DNA from: Macrostomum lignano
Taxonomy: Eukaryota
Assembly: GCA_002269645.1 (NCBI GenBank)
Contig: NIVC01000264.1
Location: forward strand, 310,001-374,000
DNA length: 64,000 nucleotides
Direction: 5' to 3'
Shown here: one piece after another, positions 1 through 12,366 of the stretch
Layout: the number at the start of each line of letters is the position of its first letter
How positions within the stretch are numbered: the first letter of the stretch is position 1
The notes under the pieces: generated by a model
Told to the model about the DNA's origin: nothing
Seen by the model: the letters and a program-made list of their open reading frames with translations, nothing else
The model's database searches: none
Made by a program: the position numbers and the translations under genes

Positions 1-69
1 CCTAGTCTCACCATGCATAATTGTCATCAGAAGTAATTGAATTGAAATTTCTCTATCAAAATTTCAAAC

Positions 70-414
70 CTTCCGAAAAACAACAGCTAAGATGACCAGG
101 ACATTTCCTATGCTGCCGAGAGTTGTTCCGGTGAACAGAATCAACAGGCCAGGAAAAGTCACCTCTGCGAATGTCGGGAAATATTAAAGAGGCAATTTAA
201 AAAGATTAGCTAATGCACTCATGACCCAATCAATCTGCATACGTCTAGCTAATGGGGTCTAAACCTGGAAGCAAGTTACCAGCAAATCCGTGTCCCCAGA
301 CCAATCTAAATAATGCATTAAAACACAAAATTAATCAAGGAACTCACCGGGCATGACATAAAGCAGACTCTCCTTTGTGTAGTTGTATGAGACTCCTAAT
401 CCAGAGATGTCCAT
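70..414 (-). CDS. Class A (rhodopsin-like) GPCR, 5' coding exons only; gene continues beyond the left edge
   Basis: Exons 414-348 (donor GTGAGT, phase 1) and 164-70 (acceptor TTCGCAG, donor GTTTGA) join in frame to MDISGLGVSYNYTKESLLYVMPEVTFPGLLILFTGTTLGSIGNVLVILAVVFRK. This has an N-glycosylation sequon (NYT) and a TM1 helix with the class A GN-x-LVI motif. Ligand family cannot be assigned from TM1 alone. Confidence 0.75.
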
Positions 415-461
415 TCCACAGAGCGGCACCTGCTATGAAGAAAGGGAGATAGGAATGACTT

Positions 462-1219
462 GAGGAGAGGAGAGGAGTGGAGAGGAGAGGAGAGGAGAGG
501 AGATCAGAGGAGAGGAGAGGAGAGGAGTTGAGAGGAGAGGAGAGGAGAGGAGAGGAGTTGAGGGGAGAGGAGAGGAGAGGAGAGGAGAGGAGATCAGAGG
601 AGAGGAGAAGAGAGGAGAGGAGTTGAGAGGAGAGGAGAGGAGAGGAGAGGAGAGGAGTTGAGGGGAGAGGAGAGGAGAGGAGAGGAGAGGAGAGGAGAGG
701 AGAGGAGTTGAGAGGAGAGGAGAGGAGAGGAGTTGAGAGGAGAGGAGAGGAGAGGAGAGGAGAGGAGAGGAGAGGAGAGGAGAGGAGTTGAGAGGAGAGG
801 AGAGGAGAGGAGAGGAGAGGAGAGGAGAGGAGAGGAGAGGAGAGGAGAGGAGAGGAGAGGAGAGGAGAGGAGAGGAGAGGAGAGGAGAGGAGAGGAGAGG
901 AGAGGAGAGGAGAGGAGAGAGGAGGAGAGGAGAGGAGAGGAGAGGAGAGGAGAGGAGAGGAGAGGAGAGGAGAGGAGAGGAGAGGAGAGGAGAGGAGAGG
1001 AGAGGAGAGGAGAGGAGAGGAGAGGAGAGGAGAGGAGAGGAGAGGAGAGGAGAGGAGAGGAGAGGAGAGGAGAGGAGAGGAGAGGAGAGGAGAGGAGAGG
1101 AGAGGAGAGGAGAGGAGAGGAGAGGAGAGGAGAGGAGAGGAGAGGAGACGAGAGTAGAGAAAAGGAGAGGAGAGGAGAGGAGAGGAGACGAGAGTAGAGA
1201 AAAGGAGAGGAGAGGAGAG
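462..1219. repeat. (AGAGG)n pentanucleotide microsatellite in a 5' intron of the GPCR
   Basis: Near-perfect pentamer run. It reads (CCTCT)n on the GPCR sense strand and ends about 30 nt before the acceptor at 430. Confidence 0.97.
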
Positions 1220-1302
1220 TGGGGGGAGGAGAAGCACAACGCTGAACATGTGCTCAACTGTTTCCTTAGCAGACAGTAAAAGTTAGCCACACAATCCAGA
1301 GC

Positions 1303-1610
1303 TCGGGAATCGGGAACTGCCATGGTTTACAATCGGGGAAACTGCCATGGTTTACAATCGGGATTCACCATGGTTTACAATCGGGGAAACTGCCATGGTT
1401 CACAATCGCGATTTGCAATGGTTTACAATCGGGATTTGCCATGGTTCACAATCAGGATTTGCCATGGTTTACAATCAGGATTTGCCATGGTTCACAATCA
1501 GGATTTGCCATGGTTTACAATCGGAGAACTGCCATGGTTTACAATCGGGAACTGCCATGGTTTACAATCGGGAACTGCCATGGTTTGCAATCGGGGGAAC
1601 TGCCATGGTT
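1303..1610. repeat. 22-23 bp minisatellite (GCCATGGTTTACAATCGGGAACT)
   Basis: About 13 variant units. On the minus strand it begins just after a GTAAGT donor-like site at 1619. Confidence 0.92.
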
Positions 1611-2145
1611 ACAACTTACAAGAAGATTATAATGATTAGCAAAGCAAGCAGTACATTGCCGCTTTCTTGTGCAAACAAAACTTTGTCTTTTACCTGTCTG
1701 CAAACGCGAAATGAAGGCTCTAAAAATTAAGTTGATGAAGCTGCAGCCTCTATTGGATTTCCAGACGGAGCTCCGACTGAAGCAGCCAGTATTATTGCAC
1801 CGAGTAAGGCGACTCAAAATTTTACAGCTCTAGCGTGCCTTTCCTACCCTTGAGCTGCGATTGGTCAGTGTTGAGCAATAGAAATTTTCAAATACATGAA
1901 ATTTACAGCCTAAATTTTTCAATAGATAGAATCCGTTCTGTTCGGTTATTGATGGAAGTGGATTTGATTGAAATTGTTTAAACTCACCGAATAGGAATAG
2001 AGCTGGAGGCCCGGAGCAGGTGTCTGAGAGGTGTTAATCATATTTATTGCTCGAGAATCGCTATAAGAAGCGGAGTTATTGAAAAAGAAACAAGACACGT
2101 GTTGTCTCAGGATTTATGCCTTCAGATGGAAAATTTCAGATTTAG

Positions 2146-2658
<513 letters not shown>

Positions 2659-3759
2659 TAGTTAAGATTAAATTTGGTGCTAATGTTGCTGTTTTTTACA
2701 TAAAAATGAACAGCATTCAAATGTCATAAAATGAAGTGTCATAATGACACTTAATAAAGAATTTAGAAGTCAATAACTTGCTTTCCTCGCTGGCTTGCAG
2801 AGCAATATTTGTATTTGCACGCTGGCATCAGTGAACCCGCAGCAGTGGGGCCGATTTGGGGGCACATCAATAGAGACAAAACAATAGGCAAAGACGCAGG
2901 GTTGATAATAATTCAGCATTCATTCATCCGGCCAAAGTCACCGCCTGTAGCCGATGAGCCAGTCCCGCGGGCTGTGATCTGCAAAATCATTTTTGGGAGT
3001 ATTTTTGTCTTCTTTTCTACTTGAAGTAGAGTAGTGCGGGCAGACGATTTCAAATCCTATGCGACTTGACTTCACTTGTGGCTGCCCTCCACGGAGTCTC
3101 GAATCTAGAAACCGGAGTGGAAACTGCTTTCAAGCTTGCAAGATAATAAATTAATTTTTATGGAACTATGAGTTTCTGGAATAGGAAAGGAAACTAATTA
3201 AAATGGGAATTAAAATACTTTAATTTAACTTCATTGTTTAAGGTGATAGAATCCATTTATTAAATTTCCAATACAGAAAGCAGTTTGGGACTTCATACCC
3301 TTCATTGATAAGAGGCAAGCCAGTGATCACGTGACGCGATAAAATGGGCCGAGTGGGAGCAGCGAAGGTTTGACACTTTTTGCCAGGACAAGAAAAACTT
3401 TATTAACCTTCTCAGAATTAAATTTGCAAGGAAGCCAGACGGAGCGTTACAAGTTACCGACTAGACTGTTTAAATATACAATTGCAGATTTACTTCGTCC
3501 TTGAAGTAATTGTTTTAATGCGTCAAATGTACCAGTAACTCTTAATTTTCAAACCGTAATACTACGAATTCACATGCGCATCAACGACACTATTCATTTC
3601 GCTCATTTTCTGATTTTTAATAATTATCTATATCCATACCTTTGTAATTTTGCTGACAGAAATCTTGAAACCATTCGGGTTAACCTTGCCGAAAATACTG
3701 AATGGCCCCCTTGTTTGGTTCAGTCTTTTATGATGTAAAATTTCGGTTTTGTGAAAGCA

Positions 3760-4103
3760 ACCCCTCCCAGTCTGTCCCACCCCTCCCAGTCTGCCCTACC
3801 CCTCCCAGTCTGCCCCACCCCTCCCAGTCTGCCCCACCCCTCCCAGTCTGCCCCACCCCTCCCGTCTGCCCCACCCCTCTCAGTCTGCCCCACCCCTCCC
3901 AGTCTGCCCCACCCCTCCCAGTCTGCCCCACCCCTCCCAGTCTGCCCCACTCCTCCCAGTCTGCCCCACCCCTCCCAGTCTGCCCCACTCCTCCCAGTCT
4001 GCCCCACCCCTCCCAGTCTGCCCCAACCCTCCCCCCAGTCTGCCCCACCCCTCCCAGTCTGCCCCAACCCCCCAGTCTGCCCCACCCCTCCCAGTCTGCC
4101 CCA
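3760..4103. repeat. 20-bp minisatellite (CCCTCCCAGTCTGCCCCACC)
   Basis: About 17 direct tandem units. Confidence 0.95.
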
Positions 4104-4636
4104 ATCCGCTAGTTTTCCAAAACGTGCCCACATAGATCACGCCACCTCGCAACTCAGCCTGCCGTACGTTTGCAAAACACTAACCCTAACCATTAAACAC
4201 TAACCCTAGCCCTTAAAAAATAGCTCTAACTCTATGTCTGCCAAGCGCAAAACCCACCCTTTAATCATAGCTGAGAACTGAGACTTGACCATAATCATAT
4301 CGGAGTTTTCACTGATAGCCCAGAATGGTCATTAGTCTTCGCTTAATGAGTCCGCAAACACTTTGAATTCTCGGAGGTGTTTTCTGAGGCATTGGGTTGA
4401 GCAGAAAGAAGAGACCTTGCTTTTGCCTCGCGATGCTCTTATCAGGGGGGGGGGGACACGTCGAAGAAACGTTGGGCTTACTCAGAAAAACAGACAGATA
4501 AGAGCGAAAAGTCAGAGATAAGGCCCAGGTACAAATACCTGGAGACCAGCGCAGCCGCTCTCTTTCTGCCAACTCTCCGTCAGCCCCAACCTACTCATCC
4601 AGCTCATCCCCAGCTAACAGAAAGCAACTCGCAGCG

Positions 4637-5251
4637 ATGGCCCAATGCAAGCCGAAGGTCTGCTACTTCAATGCCCGCGGTCGGGCAGAGCTGATCCGCC
4701 TCGCCCTGACGGCCGGCGGCGTCGAGTTCGATGACGTCCGGTTCACCCGCGAGGAGTGGCCGGAGAAGAAGAAGATCGCGCCAACCGGCGTGGCGCCCTG
4801 GGTGGAGACACCCAATGGGAAGCTGGTGCAGAGCGGCGCCATTGCGCGCTTCATCGCCAAGAAGCACGGCCTGTACGGCGAGGGCGACTGGGAGTTCTAC
4901 CTGGTGGAGCGGGCGCTCGCACAGATCGAAGACGTCGCCACCGAGCTGATGAAGATGTACTTCGCCCCAGAGGACAAGAAGGCCGAGCTGGTCAAGCAGT
5001 TCCAGACCGAGAAGGGGCCCAAGCTGATCGAAGGCCTGCTGAAGTTCATCGAGGACGGCGGCAGCGGCTTCTTCGCCGGCAAGTCGGTGACCTTGGCTGA
5101 CCTCGCCAGCGTGAACATGGTGGACCAGCTGGCTCTCGTGCCGGAGCTGCTGGCCAAGTTCCCGCAGCTCGAGGCCCACAAGAAGCGCGTACTGGAGGCC
5201 AAGCCGAAGGTGGCCGAGTGGATCAAGAACCGGCCGCAGACCCCCGTCTGA
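4637..5251 (+). CDS. GST: Glutathione S-transferase, sigma-like class, 204 aa, intronless
   Basis: YFNARGRAE N-terminal motif with catalytic Tyr, cis-Pro region (GVAPWV), QSGAIARF, and C-terminal TLADL motif; GC3-rich codons; AATAAA at 5320-5325. Confidence 0.95.
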   Translation: MAQCKPKVCYFNARGRAELIRLALTAGGVEFDDVRFTREEWPEKKKIAPTGVAPWVETPNGKLVQSGAIARFIAKKHGLYGEGDWEFYLVERALAQIEDVATELMKMYFAPEDKKAELVKQFQTEKGPKLIEGLLKFIEDGGSGFFAGKSVTLADLASVNMVDQLALVPELLAKFPQLEAHKKRVLEAKPKVAEWIKNRPQTPV

Positions 5252-5492
5252 GCAGCGGCTTCCAAGTCTCTGACCTTAAATGACCCATTGACAGTCAAGT
5301 GAAATTATGCTCGTATGCAAATAAACCTATTTAGAATGCTTTAACCACAGTAGCAACTATTTAATTATGCCGGCAATTCTTACAGAGCGATTTTATTGTT
5401 TTTCATATTTATTACATATACGAGCCATTTCTTTTCAGAGTTTATAATAAGCAAGTCAATCATGAAATACAACGATGCATAGTAGGGTGTAC

Positions 5493-5925
5493 TAATAGAA
5501 AATGGATTGCTAGTCTAGCCAAAATAGAAATGGATTGCTAGACTAGCCAACCTGGGTGCAGGAATAGAAATGGATTGCTAGACTAGCCAACCTGGGTGCA
5601 GGAATATACAATGGATTGCTAGACTAGCCAACCTGGCGCAGGAATATACAATGGATTGCTAGACTAGCCAACCTGGTGCAGGAATATACAATGGATTGCT
5701 AGTCTAGCCAACCTGGTGCAGGAATATACAATGGATTGCTAGTCTAGCCAACCTGGGTGCAGGAATATACAATGGATTGCTAGTCTAGCCAACCTGGGTG
5801 CAGGAATATATAATGGATTGCTAGACTAGCCAGCCTGGGTGCAGGAATATACAATGGATTGCTAGACTAGCCAACCTGGTGCAGGAATATACAATGGATT
5901 GCTAGACTAGCCAACCTGGGTGCAG
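5493..5925. repeat. 40-41 bp minisatellite (GCAGGAATATACAATGGATTGCTAGACTAGCCAACCTGGGT)
   Basis: About 10 units filling a predicted 3'-UTR intron (5940-5492, minus strand). Shares a core with the 44-bp satellite at 50-54 kb. Confidence 0.93.
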
Positions 5926-5950
5926 CAGCGGAGCGCTTACCATCGTGGAT

Positions 5951-6223
5951 TCACTTCCTGCGCAGCCGCTCAGCTCTGAACAGCAGGTCGAACAGCCGCT
6001 GCGTCTCAGCTTCATCATCGTCGGAGGCTGAGGAGGAGCTCGCGCTGCCGCCTCCCATGGTCTCGAGGATGCCGACATCTCGCCACTGCCGACGCTGGCG
6101 AGCCTCCAGCAGCGCCGCCCGAACGGACGCCGTCACCGGGCCGGCGTCAGCCAGAGAAACGGACGCCAGCAGCAGCAGCAGCAGCAGCAGTGGCGGAAGG
6201 AGCGACAGCGCTTTCCTGACCAT
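5951..6223 (-). CDS. Putative secreted peptide/prohormone precursor, 90 aa
   Basis: N-terminal basic residues plus a Leu-rich signal-peptide-like stretch (LLPPLLLLLLLLASVSLADA), an RQRR furin-type site and a C-terminal RRK. GC-rich codons, CCAAT box upstream (minus strand, about 6367), donor GTAAGC 10 nt after the stop, and minus-strand AATAAA at 5413-5408 and 5397-5392. No family recognised. Confidence 0.6.
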   Translation of the reverse strand: MVRKALSLLPPLLLLLLLLASVSLADAGPVTASVRAALLEARQRRQWRDVGILETMGGGSASSSSASDDDEAETQRLFDLLFRAERLRRK

Positions 6224-7009
6224 CGGGTTGCTCGTGTGAGTTCCGCTCTGTTTGTACAGAAAGTTGCCGTCTGCGCCGCCTCAAGCTGCGCCCCCGCCTG
6301 GCTGTGGCTTTATTGGGATCAGCACTTGCTGGGGATCGAGTCATGGGGTTTGCATGGGATCGCTTGATTGGCTGAGGAGACTGCGACTTTACAAGTAGCA
6401 GCTTGAGTACTGCTGCTTTGCCTGTGCATATCCTGGATGGCCTTATAATGTTTTTATAAAAACATCAATAATAAAACCTCCCCTAATTGAAATACAACAA
6501 CCGATCCCTTTCTCTATCTCTATCCATATCCCTATCTCTATCCCTATCCCATCCATATCCTTATTACTATTCTTCGTCCTAACCCCAGCCTCAGCCCTAG
6601 CCCAGCTTCTCCCTAGCAACGGTGGCCTGGGGCCCAAGGGTGACTGAACGCGAGCAGGCAGCTCTCAAATTCGCATTAACACCGTGCAGTCCCCGGTCTC
6701 CAGGCAGGATATGACAGCAAGCATATGCAAAGCCGAGAAAGGCGAGAAAGGCAGTATGGCCGGCCATTTTTCGGTCTATTCCCCGCGGAGGGCACGCGTA
6801 ATTCCCTCCTGCTTACCATTGCCATTCGGAACACAAAAGGGTTGCAAAAATTTTAAAGGCTTCGTTCGCAAAATCAGATTAATATAGTTTGTACCAGAAA
6901 TGCATTCACAAAGGCGATTCTAACGTAATTATTTTTAGCCAAGCAGTCGCGTTCATTCCACTGAACGCTCAGCATGCTCTCAGGCAGGGTCTACAGTGGC
7001 CGTGACTTT

Positions 7010-10000
7010 CTACAGCTACAGCGGGACTCTGGCAGGTTAGCTACAGCGGGACTCTGGCAGGAGGGCAGCTACAGCGGGACTCTGGCAGGAGATCAGCTAC
7101 AGCGGGACTCTGGCAGGTCAGCTACAGTGGGACTCTGGCAGGAGATCAGCTACAGCGGGACTCTGGCAGGAGATCAGCTACAGCGGGACTCTGGCAGGTC
7201 AGCTACAGTGGGACTCTGGCAGGAGATCAGCTACAGCGGGACTCTGGCAGGTCAGCTACAGCGGGACTCTGGCAGGAGGTCAGCTACAGTGGGACTCTGG
7301 CAGGAGATCAGCTACAGCGGGACTCTGGCAGGTCTGCTACAGCGGGACTCTGGCAGGTCAGCTACAGCGGGACTCTGGCAGGAGGTCAGCTACAGCGGGA
7401 CTCTGGCAGGTCTGCTACAGCGGGACTCTGGCAGGTCAGCTACAGCGGGACTCTGGCAGGAGGTCAGCTACAGTGGGACTCTGGCAGGAGATCAGCTACA
7501 GCGGGACTCTGACAGGTTAGCTACAGCGGGACTCTGGCAGGAGGTCAGCTACAGCGGGACTCTGGCAGGAGGTCAGCTACAGCGGGACTCTGGCAGGAGA
7601 TCAGCTACAGCGGGACTCTGGCAGGAGGTCAGCTACAGCGGGACTCTGGCAGGAGGTCAGCTACAGCGGGACTCTGGCAGGAGATCAGCTACAGCGGGAC
7701 TCTGGCAGGTCAGCTACAGCGGGACTCTGGCAGGTCAGCTACAGCGGGACTCTGGCAGGAGGTCAGCTACAGAGATCAGCTACAGCGGGACTCTGGCAGG
7801 TCAGCTACAGCGGGACTCTGGCAGGTCAGCTACAGTGGGACTCTGGCAGGAGGTCAGCTACAGCGGGACTCTGGCAGGTCAGCTACAGCGGGACTCTGGC
7901 AGGTCAGCTACAGCGGGACTCTGGCAGGTCAGCTACAGCGGGACTCTGGCAGGAGGTCAGCTACAGTGGGACTCTGGCAGGAGATCAGCTACAGCGGGAC
8001 TCTGGCAGGTCAGCTACAGCGGGACTCTGGCAGGTCAGCTACAGTGGGACTCTGGCAGGAGGTCAGCTACAGCGGGACTCTGGCAGGTCAGCTACAGCGG
8101 GACTCTGGCAGGTCAGCTACAGCGGGACTCTGGCAGGTCAGCTACAGCGGGACTCTGGCAGGTCAGCTACAGCGGGACTCTGGCAGGTCTGCTACAGCGG
8201 GACTCTGGCAGGTCAGCTACAGCGGGACTCTGGCAGGAGGTCAGCTACAGTGGGACTCTGGCAGGAGATCAGCTACAGCGGGACTCTGGCAGGTCAGCTA
8301 CAGCGGGACTCTGGCAGGTCAGCTACAGCGGGACTCTGGCAGGAGATCAGCTACAGCGGGACTCTGGCAGGTCTGCTACAGCGGGACTCTGGCAGGTCAG
8401 CTACAGCGGGACTCTGGCAGGAGGTCAGCTACAGTGGGACTCTGGCAGGAGATCAGCTACAGCGGGACTCTGGCAGGTCAGCTACAGCGGGACTCTGGCA
8501 GGTCAGCTACAGCGGGACTCTGGCAGGAGATCAGCTACAGCGGGACTCTGGCAGGTCTGCTACAGCGGGACTCTGGCAGGTCAGCTACAGCGGGACTCTG
8601 GCAGGAGGTCAGCTACAGTGGGACTCTGGCAGGAGATCAGCTACAGCGGGACTCTGGCAGGTCAGCTACCGCGGGACTCTGGCAGGTCAGCTACAGTGGG
8701 ACTCTGGCAGGAGGTCAGCTACAGCGGGACTCTGGCAGGTCAGCTACAGCGGGACTCTGGCAGGAGATCAGCTACAGCGGGACTCTGGCAGGTCTGCTAC
8801 AGCGGGACTCTGGCAGGTCAGCTACAGCGGGACTCTGGCAGGAGGTCAGCTACAGTGGGACTCTGGCAGGAGATCAGCTACAGCGGGACTCTGGCAGGTC
8901 AGCTACAGCGGGACTCTGGCAGGTCAGCTACAGCGGGACTCTGGCAGGAGATCAGCTACAGCGGGACTCTGGCAGGTCTGCTACAGCGGGACTCTGGCAG
9001 GTCAGCTACAGCGGGACTCTGGCAGGAGGTCAGCTACAGTGGGACTCTGGCAGGAGATCAGCTACAGCGGGACTCTGGCAGGTCAGCTACAGCGGGACTC
9101 TGGCAGGTCAGCTACAGTGGGACTCTGGCAGGAGGTCAGCTACAGCGGGACTCTGGCAGGTCAGCTACAGCGGGACTCTGGCAGGTCAGCTACAGCGGGA
9201 CTCTGGCAGGTCAGCTACAGCGGGACTCTGGCAGGTCAGCTACAGCGGGACTCTGGCAGGTCTGCTACAGCGGGACTCTGGCAGGAGGTCAGCTACAGCG
9301 GGACTCTGGCAGCAGATCAGCTACAGCGGGACTCTGGCAGGAGGTCAGCTACAGCGGGACTCTGGCAGGAGGTCAGTTACAGCGGGACTCTGGCAGGTCT
9401 GCTACAGCGGGACTCTGGCAGGTCAGCTACAGCGGGACTCTGGCAGGAGGTCAGCTACAGTGGGACTCTGGCAGGAGATCAGCTACAGCGGGACTCTGGC
9501 AGGTCAGCTACAGCGGGACTCTGGCAGGTCAGCTACAGCGGGACTCTGGCAGGTCAGCTACAGCGGGACTCTGGCAGGAGGTCAGCTACAGTGGGACTCT
9601 GGCAGGAGATCAGCTACAGCGGGACTCTGGCAGGTCAGCTACAGCGGGACTCTGGCAGGTCAGCTACAGTGGGACTCTGGCAGGAGATCAGCTACAGCGG
9701 GACTCTGGCAGGTCAGCTACAGCGGGACTCTGGCAGGTCAGCTACAGCGGGACTCTGGCAGGTCAGCTACAGCGGGACTCTGGCAGGAGGTCAGCTACAG
9801 TGGGACTCTGGCAGGAGATCAGCTACAGCGGGACTCTGGCAGGTCAGCTACAGCGGGACTCTGGCAGGTCAGCTACAGTGGGACTCTGGCAGGTCAGCTA
9901 CAGTGGGACTCTGGCAGGAGGTCAGCTACAGCGGGACTCTGGCAGGAGGTCAGCTACAGCGGGACTCTGGCAGGAGGTCAGCTACAGCGGGACTCTGGCA

Positions 10001-11000
10001 GGAGATCAGCTACAGCGGGACTCTGGCAGGAGGTCAGCTACAGCGGGACTCTGGCAGGAGATCAGCTACAGCGGGACTCTGGCAGGTCAGCTACAGCGGG
10101 ACTCTGGCAGGAGGTCAGCTACAGCGGGACTCTGGCAGCAGATCAGCTACAGCGGGACTCTGGCAGGAGGTCAGCTACAGCGGGACTCTGGCAGGAGGTC
10201 AGCTACAGCGGGACTCTGGCAGGTCAGCTACAGCGGGACTCTGGCAGGAGGTCAGCTACAGTGGGACTCTGGCAGGAGATCAGCTACAGCGGGACTCTGG
10301 CAGGTCAGCTACAGCGGGACTCTGGCAGGTCAGCTACAGCGGGACTCTGGCAGGTCAGCTACAGCGGGACTCTGGCAGGTCAGCTACAGTGGGACTCTGG
10401 CAGGAGATCAGCTACAGCGGGACTCTGGCAGGTCAGCTACAGCGGGACTCTGGCAGGTCAGCTACAGTGGGACTCTGGCAGGAGATCAGCTACAGCGGGA
10501 CTCTGGCAGGTCAGCTACAGCGGGACTCTGGCAGGTCAGCTACAGCGGGACTCTGGCAGGTCAGCTACAGTGGGACTCTGGCAGGAGATCAGCTACAGCG
10601 GGACTCTGGCAGGTCAGCTACAGCGGGACTCTGGCAGGTCAGCTACAGTGGGACTCTGGCAGGTCAGCTACAGTGGGACTCTGGCAGGAGGTCAGCTACA
10701 GCGGGACTCTGGCAGGAGGTCAGCTACAGCGGGACTCTGGCAGGAGGTCAGCTACAGCGGGACTCTGGCAGGAGATCAGCTACAGCGGGACTCTGGCAGG
10801 AGATCAGCTACAGCGGGACTCTGGCAGGAGGTCAGCTACAGTGGGACTCTGGCAGGAGATCAGCTACAGCGGGACTCTGGCAGGTCAGCTACAGCGGGAC
10901 TCTGGCAGGTCAGCTACAGCGGGACTCTGGCGGCAGGAGATCAGCTACAGCGGGACTCTGGCGGCAAGAGGTCAGCTACAGCGGGACTTTGGCAGGAGAT
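7010..11000. repeat. 4-kb minisatellite of 25/28-bp units (GTCAGCTACAGCGGGACTCTGGCAG)
   Basis: Roughly 150 units with a few recurrent variants (GAGATC, GAGGTC, GTCTGC, AGTGGG). The unit lacks plus-strand stop codons, hence three long ORFs. Confidence 0.97.
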
Positions 11001-12366
11001 CAGAAATAGTAGAGTCACTACTTTTTCTGCACTCGAAATGGCATCAGTGAATGCGATATTGATTCTTATTCATAATAGACCTATACGCAAGAAACCTTTT
11101 TTAAAGTACTTTTTCACCTCGTCTCAGATTTTCTGCAGGCAGCCGAAAACATTCCGTGACATTCCGTTTTCACGGGGAACTGCAGATTAATGACGCACCA
11201 AGTTTATATTTTTATATGATTGCGTGACAGTCGCCTTGGATACAACTTAAGCAATATGTGGTGCAGACAGAATGAAGGAAATGTGTTTCAGATTCCCTGC
11301 TTGCTGGGTCGGTGCTGTGTGTTATTTGTTTGTTCTGTTTCGGTGCTTGATTTCAATGTGTTACTTCTCATTCAGAAGAACAATTAAGCTCTGCTTTGAC
11401 CGATCCAGCAAGTCGCTTGTTGTGAAGTAGAAAATTTGGGCAAAGACAGACGGAGTTCATCGGTGGGGGGTTGGCCAGTTCACAGCCCAGAAAAAAGAAA
11501 ATGTACAAGCCGATAGATCTCAGTTATAGTACTCTGAAAAATAAATAAATTTGAAGAGAAAAGTAATAACAATACAGAGATCTAAAGAAAAATAGTCAAA
11601 TTATTTGAGAGAAAAATGATAGAGAAAGAATTCAGTTATGTTTTCAGTTCAAGTTTGAATTTATGCGAGCAAAGCAAATCGTTCTTTTCAGCTCGTTTAA
11701 AACGTGTTTGGCGCCAATTCGAATCGTTCAATGGTCCGGCGGATCCCGTCGCGTAGCTCGGGCGACTCCCAGTGCGCGCTGCCGTCGAAGGCGGTCAGTT
11801 TGTTCAGCACAGAATGGAGGCGCAGAATTCTGGTCAGAGCTGCGGAAGTGGCAGTGGGGCAATGTTGAATCTGCTCAACTAAGCCTATGGAGCCTGATGA
11901 CTCAGGCTTTCCTCTCTTTCAGACTTTAAGCTTCGGGGCGTGCCAGATCAGAGGGATAGAGCTTGGGCTGCTGGGTAATGTACATTCGTTCCTGTACATT
12001 CTAGCGGACGGGCGGAGTGAGGTGGCTGTCTGGGGGGAGGGTTGCGGAGAGGCAAGGCGTGAGGCGGGCGTCAGAGCGCGTGATGTACACTGCGCGAATG
12101 TACATTCAGACAGTCCAATATAATCGTATATTATAATTATACACTTGCTAATATCTGTAAAATTATCATGAAAAAGAAAATTAAAATCGTAAAAATCTTT
12201 GGAACGTCCTCTTGATTGTTTTCTTTAACAAGCAACTCTAATTCCCCCCCCCCCGAATACAAAGCCAGATTCCAATCAGGCAGCTGAAGAAAGTAATTCT
12301 TTTGTCTGAAAATTTCATTTTGCCAGAGAGGATCAGGAAGTCCCGCCACACTGCTTGACCAGGCGG

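Noticed and set aside
344-1323. SSPLL/GEERR repeat ORFs (also 55287-56434) and the SVCL/DRQT, SIYL, LNLN and THSL ORFs
   Set aside because: Microsatellite translations with no unique coding content.
4184-4214. Telomere-like CTAACCCT motifs
   Set aside because: Only two or three imperfect units; not a telomeric or interstitial array.
5941-5953. Selenocysteine or read-through at the TGA of the peptide gene, and a GST nested in its intron
   Set aside because: No SECIS-like structure was found. A nearer acceptor (5492) with poly(A) signals explains the donor without spanning the GST, and the read-through extension would be only about 13 codons.
6974-11190. Three overlapping ORFs of 919-1358 aa
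   Set aside because: The 25/28-bp unit has no plus-strand stop codon, so all three frames are open by construction. Unit lengths are not multiples of three and the peptides are frame-shifted versions of each other.
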